IMG/VR virus record: IMGVR_UViG_3300022218_000008
Coordinates: 1 to 35,801 of that record
Direction: 5' to 3' (one strand)
Origin: a virus
Lineage: Duplodnaviria; Caudoviricetes
Length of the DNA: 35,801 nucleotides
Position numbers and translations under genes: made by a program. The stretch's first letter is position 1. Each line of letters opens with the position of its first letter. This document shows, piece after piece, positions 24,527-34,243 of the stretch. Under the pieces are notes generated by a model that was not told where the DNA came from, did not search any database, and saw nothing but the letters and a program-made list of their open reading frames with translations.

Positions 24527-25480
24527 TTATAGAGTTGCCGTGAACGATCCGTTTGCGATGTCATATCCACTCGCACCCGTGATCTCTCCAGTTACTATCG
24601 CACCCGCAGTAATATCCAAATCCGCATGCGGGAATGAATAAACTCCGTCTGATGTTTCCACTACTGGCGGAATCAGAGCAACAGCCCCGTCGATATCAGA
24701 ATTAACAGCAAAAGTCGCTCCACTTGCAACCAATCCAACAACAGGCGAACCAGTAGCCGAACCGTCAGCCTCGATTACGTTGAACTGAACAGTCGTAGCG
24801 TCTAATTCTACTAACTTAATATACGCAGGAGTTAACGGTCGAAGCGTAGTCGCTGAATAGCCAAGAACCTCAGAAGAAAGCCCGTATGAGTTTTCCTCGC
24901 ACTCCGAATTGTCAAGATCCCACGAGATCATTAACTTTTGCGTAGTCGTGTCCGTTGCATATTCTTTGAAAGCATCGAAAGTTTCCGTTGCCATTTCGTA
25001 ACCTCTCATAACCGTATCGGTTGGGTTGTCAAGGATTCCCCAAAACGAACCAGATACATCGACAAGGAAAAAATCAACATCGGAACAACCGATTTTTTTC
25101 AACTGTCGAAGGATTTCGTGAACAGCATCTTTGCCCCAAGTTTCGAACATGAAAGAACGAACCCCACCTACATTCGGGATTTTGTACTTTCTAGTCGATG
25201 GTGCTGTTTCGTAAACTGTTTCAGTTCTTTCGAACGAAACATTCTCACAACGTGGGAACGGATAAATACGCTCCAACAACGCAGTCGATGTTGCAATTAA
25301 CTCTTGAATGTCAGCGCCCAAAGTTGGCGACGTCAAATCGATTGTGTTTCTCGTAACTCCATCCGCTTTAAAGCGTGGTACGATGATCGGGAAGGCGATA
25401 GCCCTCATTTCAAGTACGCAATCTGGTCGCCCTAATACAGGAAACGCAGGGTTCGCGCATGAACAAATAGTTTGCCCCAT
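24527..25480 (-). CDS. Major tail tube protein (probable C-terminal Ig-like domain)
   Basis: 317 aa; position after head-tail genes; beta-rich, small-residue C-terminus. Confidence 0.68.
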   Translation of the reverse strand: MGQTICSCANPAFPVLGRPDCVLEMRAIAFPIIVPRFKADGVTRNTIDLTSPTLGADIQELIATSTALLERIYPFPRCENVSFERTETVYETAPSTRKYKIPNVGGVRSFMFETWGKDAVHEILRQLKKIGCSDVDFFLVDVSGSFWGILDNPTDTVMRGYEMATETFDAFKEYATDTTTQKLMISWDLDNSECEENSYGLSSEVLGYSATTLRPLTPAYIKLVELDATTVQFNVIEADGSATGSPVVGLVASGATFAVNSDIDGAVALIPPVVETSDGVYSFPHADLDITAGAIVTGEITGASGYDIANGSFTATL

Positions 25481-25492
25481 TTTTTTTCGTTT

Positions 25493-26191
25493 TTAATTAT
25501 TATTACAACACAATGTCGTATCGTACATTTCCAGTTTAACCGACAAGTCGATTCCACTCAAATTCTCGTGAATTATCGTTTTATCAGATCCTTTATCCGT
25601 GATCTCAACACCAAATCGAGGTCGAGGTCGCTTTGTGTAGGCTTCTAAACGCTTAAACGTATAATCATCCTCGATCACTTTAATAAAAGCGTTCGATAAA
25701 TTCTCCATCGGCTTAATTACCAGATCGTTATGCTGATCGTTTTTCCATTTTGGCGTATTCGCCCAGTCCATGAAAAAAAGCCTCGCATTGTAACTAGCAA
25801 CTAACGACGAATCCGCAGGTAAAAGATCATATTCGTAAGACACTAAAAGCCAAATAAAAGGCGTTTTTGCTAATGTCCTATTCGAGATCTTTGCGTACTC
25901 GTTATTTGTACTCGATGGCGAACCATGTAAATAGAGTATCGAAGGCGCTACAATGTAACTCGTAACGATTGGATCTGGTGCGCCATCTTTTGGCTCGACC
26001 TCGATCCACTCATTGAACGAAAAATCTGTTACCCGATATTCATTCCCGAACTCGTCTGTTATGACTTTTCCGATAGTAATATGCATAGTATCGCACACGT
26101 ATATTCTGTTACCGACTATTGATTTCACGTCGATATTGAGATCTATTCGATCTATGATTTGGCGCACTATGTCAACTAAATTTACCGTCAT
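25493..26191 (-). CDS. Putative head-closure/tail terminator protein
   Basis: 232 aa; synteny; PFIWL and ENLSGIDL motifs. Confidence 0.55.
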   Translation of the reverse strand: MTVNLVDIVRQIIDRIDLNIDVKSIVGNRIYVCDTMHITIGKVITDEFGNEYRVTDFSFNEWIEVEPKDGAPDPIVTSYIVAPSILYLHGSPSSTNNEYAKISNRTLAKTPFIWLLVSYEYDLLPADSSLVASYNARLFFMDWANTPKWKNDQHNDLVIKPMENLSNAFIKVIEDDYTFKRLEAYTKRPRPRFGVEITDKGSDKTIIHENLSGIDLSVKLEMYDTTLCCNNN

Positions 26192-26710
26192 TTACACGAT
26201 GTTTGCGAATTGAATGTCAATCCCTTTATACTCTGGATAATCGTCGCTATTAAACGTATGCATGTAATACTGAATCGTTTTGAACGTGTCGACTGATGTG
26301 TTAAACCTTCTCGTCGTGTCATGTTGGATTGCCGTTTTCGCTTCTACATTTTCCCCGATAAACGAATCCACTCCCAACGTCGTTGAGCGTGTAATTTGAT
26401 CCCGAATAAACATATAATAAACGATCCCTCTCATCATGTCTAACATTCCGATCGATTGAATCATTACGCAGTCGTTTTGTTCTAACAACGGTTCGTAAAC
26501 AATGCTAAATCGTGGATCGGTTGGAACTCCCGCAGGTGGGCTGTTCCAATCCGCCACAAATAAGCCGTACAGATCCTTTCCGAATAACTTCGGTAAATAT
26601 TCACTTTCCGCATCGTCAATATAACGCTCGAGATCCTGTTCCTGCTCTGGATCAAGCGCTATTTCGTATTGACCGAAATCGAAATCGTCTATCGTTAGAA
26701 TCATGCCCAT
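26192..26710 (-). CDS. Putative head-tail connector (adaptor)
   Basis: 172 aa; YIDDAESEYLPKLFGKDLY motif; follows the capsid genes. Confidence 0.6.
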   Translation of the reverse strand: MGMILTIDDFDFGQYEIALDPEQEQDLERYIDDAESEYLPKLFGKDLYGLFVADWNSPPAGVPTDPRFSIVYEPLLEQNDCVMIQSIGMLDMMRGIVYYMFIRDQITRSTTLGVDSFIGENVEAKTAIQHDTTRRFNTSVDTFKTIQYYMHTFNSDDYPEYKGIDIQFANIV

Positions 26711-26733
26711 CGTTTAACCTTTTAACGTACTTT

Positions 26734-26952
26734 TTATTTCAATTTTACGACTTTATTCTTAACACACGCATCGGCTGTCGTACTGTGCATTTTCACAATA
26801 TCGCCCTTTTTGTATGTTCCGAACTTTTCAGCCGTTACAACAACCTCAACAATCGCACTCTTTGACACCTTCGCACCTTGTTCCGCTTTCTTCGGAGTTG
26901 GGGTTGTTGCTTTCTTGCTCGATGCCTTTTTTGTTGTTTCTTGTTTTTTCAT
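26734..26952 (-). CDS. Small Lys-rich protein after the capsid gene
   Basis: 72 aa; YKKGDIV...ADACVKNKVV motif typical of small post-capsid proteins. Confidence 0.7.
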   Translation of the reverse strand: MKKQETTKKASSKKATTPTPKKAEQGAKVSKSAIVEVVVTAEKFGTYKKGDIVKMHSTTADACVKNKVVKLK

Positions 26953-26991
26953 CTTTTCGACTTCTTTTTTTAGTTATTATTCACAAACGAA

Positions 26992-28335
26992 TTACGGTGC
27001 TGTGATTGCCGTTTTCACGGTAGCAATATCATCGTAAATAAACGCTTGCTTGTCTAACTCTTTAACGAATGCATGGAATCGAGATTCCCCTACCATCGTA
27101 AATTTGTTTGTAATGAACTGATCGTTGATCCATCCAATACGAACCGTATATCCGATGTAGTTTGTTACGTTGTATTTGCTCATATCCGCAACGAAGATTT
27201 TTCCCGTAGGAATGTCTTGGAATGGAATAATTGTAACACCTCCCATCGTAACACGATTGAACAATGACGCAGAAGGATATAACGGAAGCCCGTTATCATC
27301 TTTCGCACTCACTAATTGAAGGTAAAAATCGACTGGATTGATCATTACGACATTCGCCATGTACGGCATTTCGTCCTGATAATTTTGTGTCGTGTAAATA
27401 TCTGTAATACAAGCGTTTACAACGTCCATGAAATTCGGAGTTTGAACAGCCGTAGCCATTGCACCCGCAACAAATGTACGTCCGTAAACTGTTGCCCCTG
27501 TTGGGTTTGGTGCAATACCATCGCCGAACAAAATCCCGTTTTGACGCTTCAAATCATGTTTCGCACGTAAGAAATTCATCGCAATAGATTGTAAGTTCGG
27601 AATATCGTCAACCGCTTCCTCAGTAAGAATTTCGTACCCAGCAACCTTTACAGGCTCAGCGTAACGAGTTTCAATTTTAAAGTCCGTTTGCGGTTTCGCA
27701 GTACCCTCAGCAACGAAACGGAAATCTCCGTCTTTTGGAGTTGTTTCCGTATAAGCGTAAACACGCTGATTCGTCGGGAACATGTTAATGACCTGATCAA
27801 CAACCGTACCACGGTAGTTAACGTTCGTAGGCGCTGCCATTTGAACCCCCGCAAGTTCTGGAATACCGTCAGGATTCGTCGCAGATCCTGTTGAAATATC
27901 CGTCGGAACTTTTACTTCCATCTCGATCAATCCATGCCCCGCATTTTTGATCTCTTTAATCTGGCTTGCGTTGTCTGAAATGAATTTAGCGATTTGTGAT
28001 TTTGCATCGTTACCAAGTTCAACGCCTTTTCCGTTCAACTGGTCGAGCATCTTCGTGATCGCTACACCTTGTTTCGATACAGCCTCCGTTAACGCCTTGT
28101 TTTCTTTTGCCAAAGTAGCCGTAAACTCTTCTTTGAACTTCGACAACTCTTCTGGAGTTACTTTGCTGTTAACATCTTCCTCGATGCTTTTAATGTACGC
28201 TTCCTGAGTTGCCGAATGCTCTTTGAATAAAGCGAATTTGTCTTCCGATGACTTTTCCTCGAATGCATCTGTCGAAATTCCTTTATCGGCAATAAACATC
28301 GCGAAAGTCATAAATTTTAAAACCTCTGTTTTCAT
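26992..28335 (-). CDS. Major capsid protein, HK97 fold, with N-terminal scaffold (delta-like) region
   Basis: FVAEGTAKP, LTEEAVDD, ILFGDG...G, VMINPVDF, DQFITNKFTMVGESR, AFIY motifs. Confidence 0.93.
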   Translation of the reverse strand: MKTEVLKFMTFAMFIADKGISTDAFEEKSSEDKFALFKEHSATQEAYIKSIEEDVNSKVTPEELSKFKEEFTATLAKENKALTEAVSKQGVAITKMLDQLNGKGVELGNDAKSQIAKFISDNASQIKEIKNAGHGLIEMEVKVPTDISTGSATNPDGIPELAGVQMAAPTNVNYRGTVVDQVINMFPTNQRVYAYTETTPKDGDFRFVAEGTAKPQTDFKIETRYAEPVKVAGYEILTEEAVDDIPNLQSIAMNFLRAKHDLKRQNGILFGDGIAPNPTGATVYGRTFVAGAMATAVQTPNFMDVVNACITDIYTTQNYQDEMPYMANVVMINPVDFYLQLVSAKDDNGLPLYPSASLFNRVTMGGVTIIPFQDIPTGKIFVADMSKYNVTNYIGYTVRIGWINDQFITNKFTMVGESRFHAFVKELDKQAFIYDDIATVKTAITAP

Positions 28336-28354
28336 GGTTTCTAAATTGTTTTAA

Positions 28355-29182
28355 TTAATAAAATGCGGTCGATCCCTTGCCGACCTTTTTTTGTTCCTGA
28401 GTGACTTCCGTCGGCTCATTCGATTGAGTGTCTTGCGACGGCTCAATGCCTTTAACGCCCAAAGTTGGCGTAAGCGAGTTCGATCCTTCCAGAACTGCGG
28501 AGATCTCGATTAACTTTCCCTCTTTTACTGCGTAAAAATATCCCTTTTGTTCGACCTCTTCTTTGTTTCCAATTAGATCGAAATACTTGTCGTATGTTTC
28601 TTTATACTGTGCGTGATCTGGATCGTCGGAGTTCATCGCTAGATCGATTTTAACGTAATACATCCCGACAGAGTGTTGATCGATTTGTTCGTTTTTATAC
28701 TCTGCAAAAATCTTATCGTTCATCGATTTTTTAATCTCCGAATCCATCATTAAAACGGTCGTGTTTCCTTTTCTGTTAACACCTAAATCCGCCCATCTAA
28801 CCGATTGTTCGTAAACCTTTTGCGGTGTTCCTACCTTTGCCGTGATCTTATATTCGTGGTCGTGTAAATGCCAGATTTTGCCGACACGTTCCCCGATGCT
28901 TTTAGAGAAAGTCGAGCCAACATGAACGTCGCCATGTGAATCGAGCCAGTTATACGTATTTCCGATAATGGTTCTCTTTATTACGGTGTCCGTGTCTTTG
29001 TCTGCGCTAGTCTGCAATGCCTTTGTCGCTGTTGCTAATGGAGTATCGGCCACAATTAACGAAGGCGTTTGTACGAATGTTTTTTTCGATGCTTTTTTCA
29101 TCTCCAAAAGATCCGCTTTATTCTCGTGCAAAAAAGCGAAAAGTTCCTGTTTCGTTGCGAATATTTTATCTTTTAAATTCAT
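28355..29182 (-). CDS. Prohead maturation protease (HK97-like, Bacteroidota type)
   Basis: DSHGDVH...F.KSI, HLHDH, QHSVGM, LIEISAVLEGSN motifs; between portal and capsid genes. Confidence 0.82.
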   Translation of the reverse strand: MNLKDKIFATKQELFAFLHENKADLLEMKKASKKTFVQTPSLIVADTPLATATKALQTSADKDTDTVIKRTIIGNTYNWLDSHGDVHVGSTFSKSIGERVGKIWHLHDHEYKITAKVGTPQKVYEQSVRWADLGVNRKGNTTVLMMDSEIKKSMNDKIFAEYKNEQIDQHSVGMYYVKIDLAMNSDDPDHAQYKETYDKYFDLIGNKEEVEQKGYFYAVKEGKLIEISAVLEGSNSLTPTLGVKGIEPSQDTQSNEPTEVTQEQKKVGKGSTAFY

Positions 29183-29268
29183 TTCGTTACTGGTTTTTTC
29201 GATTTCCTTTTTTTGTCGAGATCCTTAATTAATTTGTCCGCCTTTTCCTTGTTTACTTTTGTTTTCAT
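29179..29268 (-). CDS. 29-aa basic peptide (MKTKVNKEKADKLIKDLDKKRKSKKPVTK)
   Basis: Fills the portal-protease gap; A-rich leader; ATGA overlap with the protease start; below the track cutoff. Confidence 0.65.
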   Translation of the reverse strand: MKTKVNKEKADKLIKDLDKKRKSKKPVTK

Positions 29269-29278
29269 TTGTCTTTGA

Positions 29279-30544
29279 TTATACCGATACCGATGCCGTT
29301 GGCGAAGATCCACCAGATCCCGCAAGTTGATCGCCACCCTCCGTACCTTCTAGGTCGATAATTTCTCGTATCTCGTCGATAGTCAAGTTCTCCAGAACTC
29401 TATTCGCCACCAATGGCGACAAGTTGTTAAGAGCCTGAGCCAATTCGTTTGTAGATGATTTCAGAACCTCGATCGCTGTCTTATCTACGATAATTTGTCC
29501 GTCAAGCCCTAGCAATTCGCCAAGCCATGCCGATAATTCTTTGTTCACTTTCTCGTCCAAAGGAATATAAACGTCCGTGTATGCCGTTTTTTTCGCTTCT
29601 GACACGTTATTGTACGTCGAGTTATCATTGTCATTAAACAATACCGAAGGCATACCGTAAATCGCACAAATGAGCCTTAACGACGAAAGTATTCCTTCCA
29701 GTAATTTTAAATCGGTTGGCGACATTCCTGTTTGAAGGAATCGCAATTTCGATGCTGTTATGTGAATTTTGTTATACTTTTCAGCCCCTCCCGTGTCTTT
29801 ATCGAACTGATCCTGTAAACGTTCACGCTCTGGATCTAGCATCGGAGTATCGCTATCCGAAGTCAAAATTCCAATTATTCCACGGCTTTTAAATATCGAC
29901 GCATCCGCTTTTAGTTTCTCCATTGAAGAACTAACAACGATCCAAGCCGATTGCATCGGAGAAAGCCCGTATTTAACCATTGAGCCATCCACGTTAACGA
30001 CATTCGATGTTTTTATGTGAAGGATCTCTTCTGGAGTGTACGGAACAATATTTCCGCTATACGTCGTATAGTCGTATCTTACAACCTCGCCAAGTGAATT
30101 ACATACTATATTTACTCTCTGAGTGATTAAAACCTCCAACGATTGCCCCATTCCCTCGCCTCGAACCATGCGAACAAATGCGTTTCCTGTTAACAGCAAA
30201 TATTCGTAGATCTTTGTACGAAATTCGATCTCGTCGTCCTCTTCATTTGGATTCGCTAGAACGTCCAAAAGTGTCGAACCTTCAATTATTGAGCCATCCG
30301 CCATTCGAACAACCCTCTTTAACGATGCTGTCGATGTTGCGATCCTGTTTACTACCATGTAAACGAGTGGATTTTCCCCGTAAGATTTTGTGTATTTTCC
30401 AAATGCGCCCGACTTTCCTAAAATCCAACTAAAATACGAATCGATGAATTTCCATCCACTAGAGCCGAGAACGTTTTGCGTATTTGGTGTTACACTTTTT
30501 GTCGTTACTATATTTAAGGCTTTTTGTAAGATGTTTTGCGCCAT
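29279..30544 (-). CDS. Portal protein, HK97 family
   Basis: LLLTGNAF, EEILHIK, YGLSP, ICAIYGMPSVL, STYNNVSEA motifs; ATG at 30544 preferred over TTG at 30568, which lies in the promoter. Confidence 0.93.
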   Translation of the reverse strand: MAQNILQKALNIVTTKSVTPNTQNVLGSSGWKFIDSYFSWILGKSGAFGKYTKSYGENPLVYMVVNRIATSTASLKRVVRMADGSIIEGSTLLDVLANPNEEDDEIEFRTKIYEYLLLTGNAFVRMVRGEGMGQSLEVLITQRVNIVCNSLGEVVRYDYTTYSGNIVPYTPEEILHIKTSNVVNVDGSMVKYGLSPMQSAWIVVSSSMEKLKADASIFKSRGIIGILTSDSDTPMLDPERERLQDQFDKDTGGAEKYNKIHITASKLRFLQTGMSPTDLKLLEGILSSLRLICAIYGMPSVLFNDNDNSTYNNVSEAKKTAYTDVYIPLDEKVNKELSAWLGELLGLDGQIIVDKTAIEVLKSSTNELAQALNNLSPLVANRVLENLTIDEIREIIDLEGTEGGDQLAGSGGSSPTASVSV

Positions 30545-30565
30545 TTTTCCCAGACTTGATTTCGT

Positions 30566-30573
30566 CAAATATA
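30566..30573 (-). promoter_or_regulatory. -7 element (TATATTTG) upstream of the portal gene
   Basis: TAnnTTTG 21 nt upstream of the portal ATG in the terL-portal gap. Confidence 0.6.
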
Positions 30574-30602
30574 CGTTTTTATGTATTTATAGACGATTGT
30601 TA

Positions 30603-31787
30603 TTATAAAAATGTTATAAGAGGGTATCGAATTGCGTCGCATGCATGGTTAAATTTATCGACGGGAATATCCAGAATCGTATCAGATCTTTCGTCGATTT
30701 TGAACTTGTAATTATTAAATTCGTCAATAACATTTTTCGCCTCTTCATGCACGAATAAATTGTACCCGTTAACCTTCCGAATACCGTCTAGTATTGAGCC
30801 TTGCCCCTTCTTCGTTTTCATCGCAGGAACCCCCGCTTTTTGTAGTGTTATTATCGATCGAGGTTCTGAGGTGTCGCAAACCAAATACGTTTTTCGCTCT
30901 TTTAATTGAGTTTCTAATAACAGAATATTAATAACGTCCTGAAAATCATCGATTCCACTTCCGTAAATGATCTCTCGAATGTATAAATCGTTATCGACTA
31001 AGATCAATTTAACACACGCCAGAGCATCGTTGAAACCCCAGTCCAAACCATAGAAACAATAATCGAACCCATCTGGATCGTCGCCCGAATATGTATTCCA
31101 TTTCGGGTAAATAATTTCCTTACCGAGATACGTTTGCCCTAAGCCATAAATCGACCACTTTCTAGGATCTGCCGTTCCTTGCCTTCTATTATCTTCCGTG
31201 TCCTCGTAACTCTCGATCTTTTTTACTTGCTGAGGTGTTAAAAATGGATTGTCGAGATACGTCGATCTGAACTGATTAATTTCATCTCGCATATTCAATC
31301 TGTAAACGTATGAATTTGGTTCGGAAGGGTTTAAATCAATTATCCAGAAATCACGACAACGCTGTTCTAAGTTGTCGAACGTGATCTTTGGAATGTTTAC
31401 AGCCTCATTAATGAAAAATACGTCAGATTTCAAACCATGAACACGCATCGGATCGTCCTTCATTCCAATAAACGTTATCGTATTACTATTGAATACGGTC
31501 GTCATGTCCTGTTTATTTAGATGCATTGTCGGGAACATAGGAACGAACCCGTCATAACCGTAACAAATCGCTTTGAAGTCCTCCAGAATTGTTCGACGTA
31601 AGTTTACCAAACTATCACGACCGATAATGATTTTTTTGCCCGTATTTCTCATGCAATAGAGTAGAATCCATTGAAGGGCGGAAATCGTTTTCGAAGATCT
31701 CGTTCCACCTACTAAAACGATGCCCCTTTGCCCCGTATTATAGGTTTCTTCGATCCTATGTAAATTAATCGTCGCTTTGATCTTCAT
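30603..31787 (-). CDS. terL: Terminase large subunit (PBSX/SPP1-type)
   Basis: Walker A GGTRSSKT, FFINEA, DLNP, STYLDNPFL, GLDWGF, NHACDAIRY. Confidence 0.95.
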   Translation of the reverse strand: MKIKATINLHRIEETYNTGQRGIVLVGGTRSSKTISALQWILLYCMRNTGKKIIIGRDSLVNLRRTILEDFKAICYGYDGFVPMFPTMHLNKQDMTTVFNSNTITFIGMKDDPMRVHGLKSDVFFINEAVNIPKITFDNLEQRCRDFWIIDLNPSEPNSYVYRLNMRDEINQFRSTYLDNPFLTPQQVKKIESYEDTEDNRRQGTADPRKWSIYGLGQTYLGKEIIYPKWNTYSGDDPDGFDYCFYGLDWGFNDALACVKLILVDNDLYIREIIYGSGIDDFQDVINILLLETQLKERKTYLVCDTSEPRSIITLQKAGVPAMKTKKGQGSILDGIRKVNGYNLFVHEEAKNVIDEFNNYKFKIDERSDTILDIPVDKFNHACDAIRYPLITFL

Positions 31788-32151
31788 TTTTGCGAGGATT
31801 TGGCATTACGAACTCGACCTGAACAGGCTCTCGTTCCGAAATATCTTCCGTCTGGAGTTTCTCGAAATATCCTCGATGCTTTCCTTTTGTTTTTAAGAAG
31901 AAAATAACGGACGCCTCTTTTCCTTTTCCGATGTTTACCATTAAAGCCGATTCCGCAAAATCCAGAGCCACGTTTTCGATTTCTTCGACAGCATTTTTAA
32001 AATCTTCGTCCTCTTTGCAATATCGATAAAATGTATCACGAGAACACCCCACCGCAGTACATGTTTTTGTAACGTTGCCGAGTGTCTTTTCCAGAGAAGC
32101 GAGAAGGCTCTCTTTTAATATGTCCGATTTTGTACGTTTCTTTTTAGCCAT
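31765..32151 (-). CDS. terS: Terminase small subunit (HTH)
   Basis: GNVTKTCTAVGCSRDTFYRY HTH, DFAESAL, IFFLKTKGKHRGY; overlaps terL. Confidence 0.85.
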   Translation of the reverse strand: MAKKKRTKSDILKESLLASLEKTLGNVTKTCTAVGCSRDTFYRYCKEDEDFKNAVEEIENVALDFAESALMVNIGKGKEASVIFFLKTKGKHRGYFEKLQTEDISEREPVQVEFVMPNPRKNEDQSDD

Positions 32152-33088
32152 TTTCTTTCGTTTTAGCCCGTTTTCTTACCCGTAGAGGCTCGTTAGTGAA
32201 CGGTTTGTCCTCTGGGTACTTATTCCAAGCGATGTTATCGTTCTGCGGGTTTCCTTTTATCAATCGTGGCGCTAAATTTTTGTTTTTAATATGGTGGTGC
32301 AATCGTCCTCCGTTTTTTTCCTGTTTTGAAGCATGACAGCACGACGGAAATTGAATAGGAATTACGAGCGATTTATTCAGCAATTTGCACTCGTTATAAA
32401 GATCCGTCAAACCTCCTTTCGCTGTTGCCGATGTTGTTTGCTGTAATACCAAACCATCGCCCACCGATCCAGTAAAAAGCCCCTCGTTCATTATGCCGAC
32501 AAACTGGCTCGTGTCGTTGTCCTGAACTGATCGTTCGCCTCTATACATGAAACGGGTATCGATAAACGTTGTATTCATTACTTTATTACGTAGGATCTTT
32601 TTATTCGATCCACCAATAAAGTCGCCCGTTTGACTGATCCCGAAACACCCGATTTGTCGTTTCTCCATGAAATCCCGAACAGCATTAAAGACGTTTCGAA
32701 CATCACTTGCCGTTGCTTTTCCTTTGTATTTTCCGAACTTCTTTACTTCGTAATTTTGGGTATCGTCGTCCTGTACCATGTAAAACGAAATACCGAGTTT
32801 TTTTGCTATGTCGTAAAACTGGTTTCTCGCCTGTCCTGCTGATCTTCTCGATGTTGAGGGGCGATGCACGTAATTGTAACGCTCTCTCGCTTCCTTTTGG
32901 CTGAATACGTGAAGATTTACGCCAAACTCAGAACACGCCAGTTCGTAATCTGGAATGTCGTCCGCTTCATCATCGACAAAAACGTGAATTTTCTCTTTCG
33001 GCCATCCTATTTTCAAGAAGTATTTAACCGTTTTTTGATTGTCGCTTCTGTGATAACTCGGAATAAATATGTCTATAAATTTTTCCAT
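32144..33088 (-). CDS. GT-A fold glycosyltransferase, TAGT/GREB1-like (putative DNA modification)
   Basis: IFIPSYHR start, AGQARN, MVQDDD (DxD), KVMNT, NDDT, GGLTDLY, RLHH motifs. Confidence 0.78.
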   Translation of the reverse strand: MEKFIDIFIPSYHRSDNQKTVKYFLKIGWPKEKIHVFVDDEADDIPDYELACSEFGVNLHVFSQKEARERYNYVHRPSTSRRSAGQARNQFYDIAKKLGISFYMVQDDDTQNYEVKKFGKYKGKATASDVRNVFNAVRDFMEKRQIGCFGISQTGDFIGGSNKKILRNKVMNTTFIDTRFMYRGERSVQDNDTSQFVGIMNEGLFTGSVGDGLVLQQTTSATAKGGLTDLYNECKLLNKSLVIPIQFPSCCHASKQEKNGGRLHHHIKNKNLAPRLIKGNPQNDNIAWNKYPEDKPFTNEPLRVRKRAKTKENG

Positions 33089-33846
33089 TCTTCGATCGTT
33101 TCCATTACACGCAAAAGATCATCTTCGATGAATCCTTCAATACCGCCATCGACCAGAACTAAACGCAGACGTTCAATCGCCTTTTGTTCTTCGTTCCCTG
33201 CATTAAAATAGTAATAGTTCGCAACATTTTCAAAATCGATCTTTATGAATCGATACGCAAACATTTTTAAAACCTCTTTTTGTTCTTTGCTCAGATCCAT
33301 TTCGTTTATCGCATTGATCTTTGCGTTATACTTCGTCAGATCCAAGCAATCGGAAAGCGTAATATTCGGTTTTATCTCTGGCTCGTAATAGATACTTTCG
33401 AATTTTAGTTCTGAAAGTTTTTCCGTTTCTGTTTTTTCCTGTGTCGGCATGTCAAGCATCCAAGCCTCGAGAGGATCTTCCGACCAGTCAGCGAGAATCG
33501 CATCCCAATCCCATTCGCCCCCCGACGCATTGTCTTTTATAAGGAACTCTCGCTTTTGTTCGATTGAAAGCCCGTCAGCAATCGTTACGGCTATCTTTTG
33601 CATACCTGCAACCTTACAAGCACGATAACGCATGTTACCGCCGAGAATTACCATGTTTTCATCGACAACGATCGGGCGTAGTTCCAACATTTCGGGAAAA
33701 TCCTTCACAGATTGCACTAACTTGTCGAACTTGTCGTCCTTAATAAATCGAGGATTTTTCGGTAGTCCTTTTACTTGTCCGTTATTAAGTTCAATGTCGC
33801 CAATACCGACACTTTTTTTGTCGATTTTTACCTTCTTTCTCGCCAT
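33073..33846 (-). CDS. ParB/Srx-like N-terminal domain fused to a helical C-terminal domain
   Basis: PKNPRFI...LVQSVKDFPEML..RPIVVDENMVILGGNMRYRAC...DNASGGEWD; C-domain IYYEP...IDFENVANYY...ERLRLVLVD. Confidence 0.85.
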   Translation of the reverse strand: MARKKVKIDKKSVGIGDIELNNGQVKGLPKNPRFIKDDKFDKLVQSVKDFPEMLELRPIVVDENMVILGGNMRYRACKVAGMQKIAVTIADGLSIEQKREFLIKDNASGGEWDWDAILADWSEDPLEAWMLDMPTQEKTETEKLSELKFESIYYEPEIKPNITLSDCLDLTKYNAKINAINEMDLSKEQKEVLKMFAYRFIKIDFENVANYYYFNAGNEEQKAIERLRLVLVDGGIEGFIEDDLLRVMETIEEWKNL

Positions 33847-33885
33847 GTTTACGTTTGTTTTTATTCTTTAGAGTTGTTCAGGATC

Positions 33886-34098
33886 TTAGAACCCAAACAC
33901 CCAACCCGTAACGATTCTCAAAACGACAATCGTAACCAGTCTTATAAATGCGTAAATCACGCTTTTATTGTGTAACCAGTCATTAAAATTAGGGTGTTCC
34001 TGTTGTGGCATTATAACCATGACTATACGGTCGATAAGCCAGAGTAAATACGCAAACGGTAACATAAAAAATCCGAGCGCTAATTTCAGTTTTTCCAT
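33886..34098 (-). CDS. Small two-TM membrane protein
   Basis: 70 aa with two hydrophobic stretches. Confidence 0.65.
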   Translation of the reverse strand: MEKLKLALGFFMLPFAYLLWLIDRIVMVIMPQQEHPNFNDWLHNKSVIYAFIRLVTIVVLRIVTGWVFGF

Positions 34099-34125
34099 AG
34101 TATTTAATTTTTCGTAAGTTCAATA

Positions 34126-34155
34126 AATGGAGGGCAACGAGAATCGCCCTCCATT
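34126..34155 (-). terminator. Strong hairpin (AAUGGAGGGCGA...UUGCCCUCCAUU) with a weak U tail
   Basis: Inverted repeat in the intergenic gap 34099-34243. Confidence 0.55.
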
Positions 34156-34243
34156 CAAACAAACAAAAACATAGTACGCATAGAAGTCGAACTATATTAT
34201 ACAACGAATTTACATAAAATAATTCGAAGCGTACTATTGTCTT

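Noticed and set aside
33073-33846. ParABS plasmid-prophage partition system
   Set aside because: No ParA, and no recognisable HTH after the ParB N-domain; the context (GT, terS) is that of modification-associated ParB/Srx proteins.
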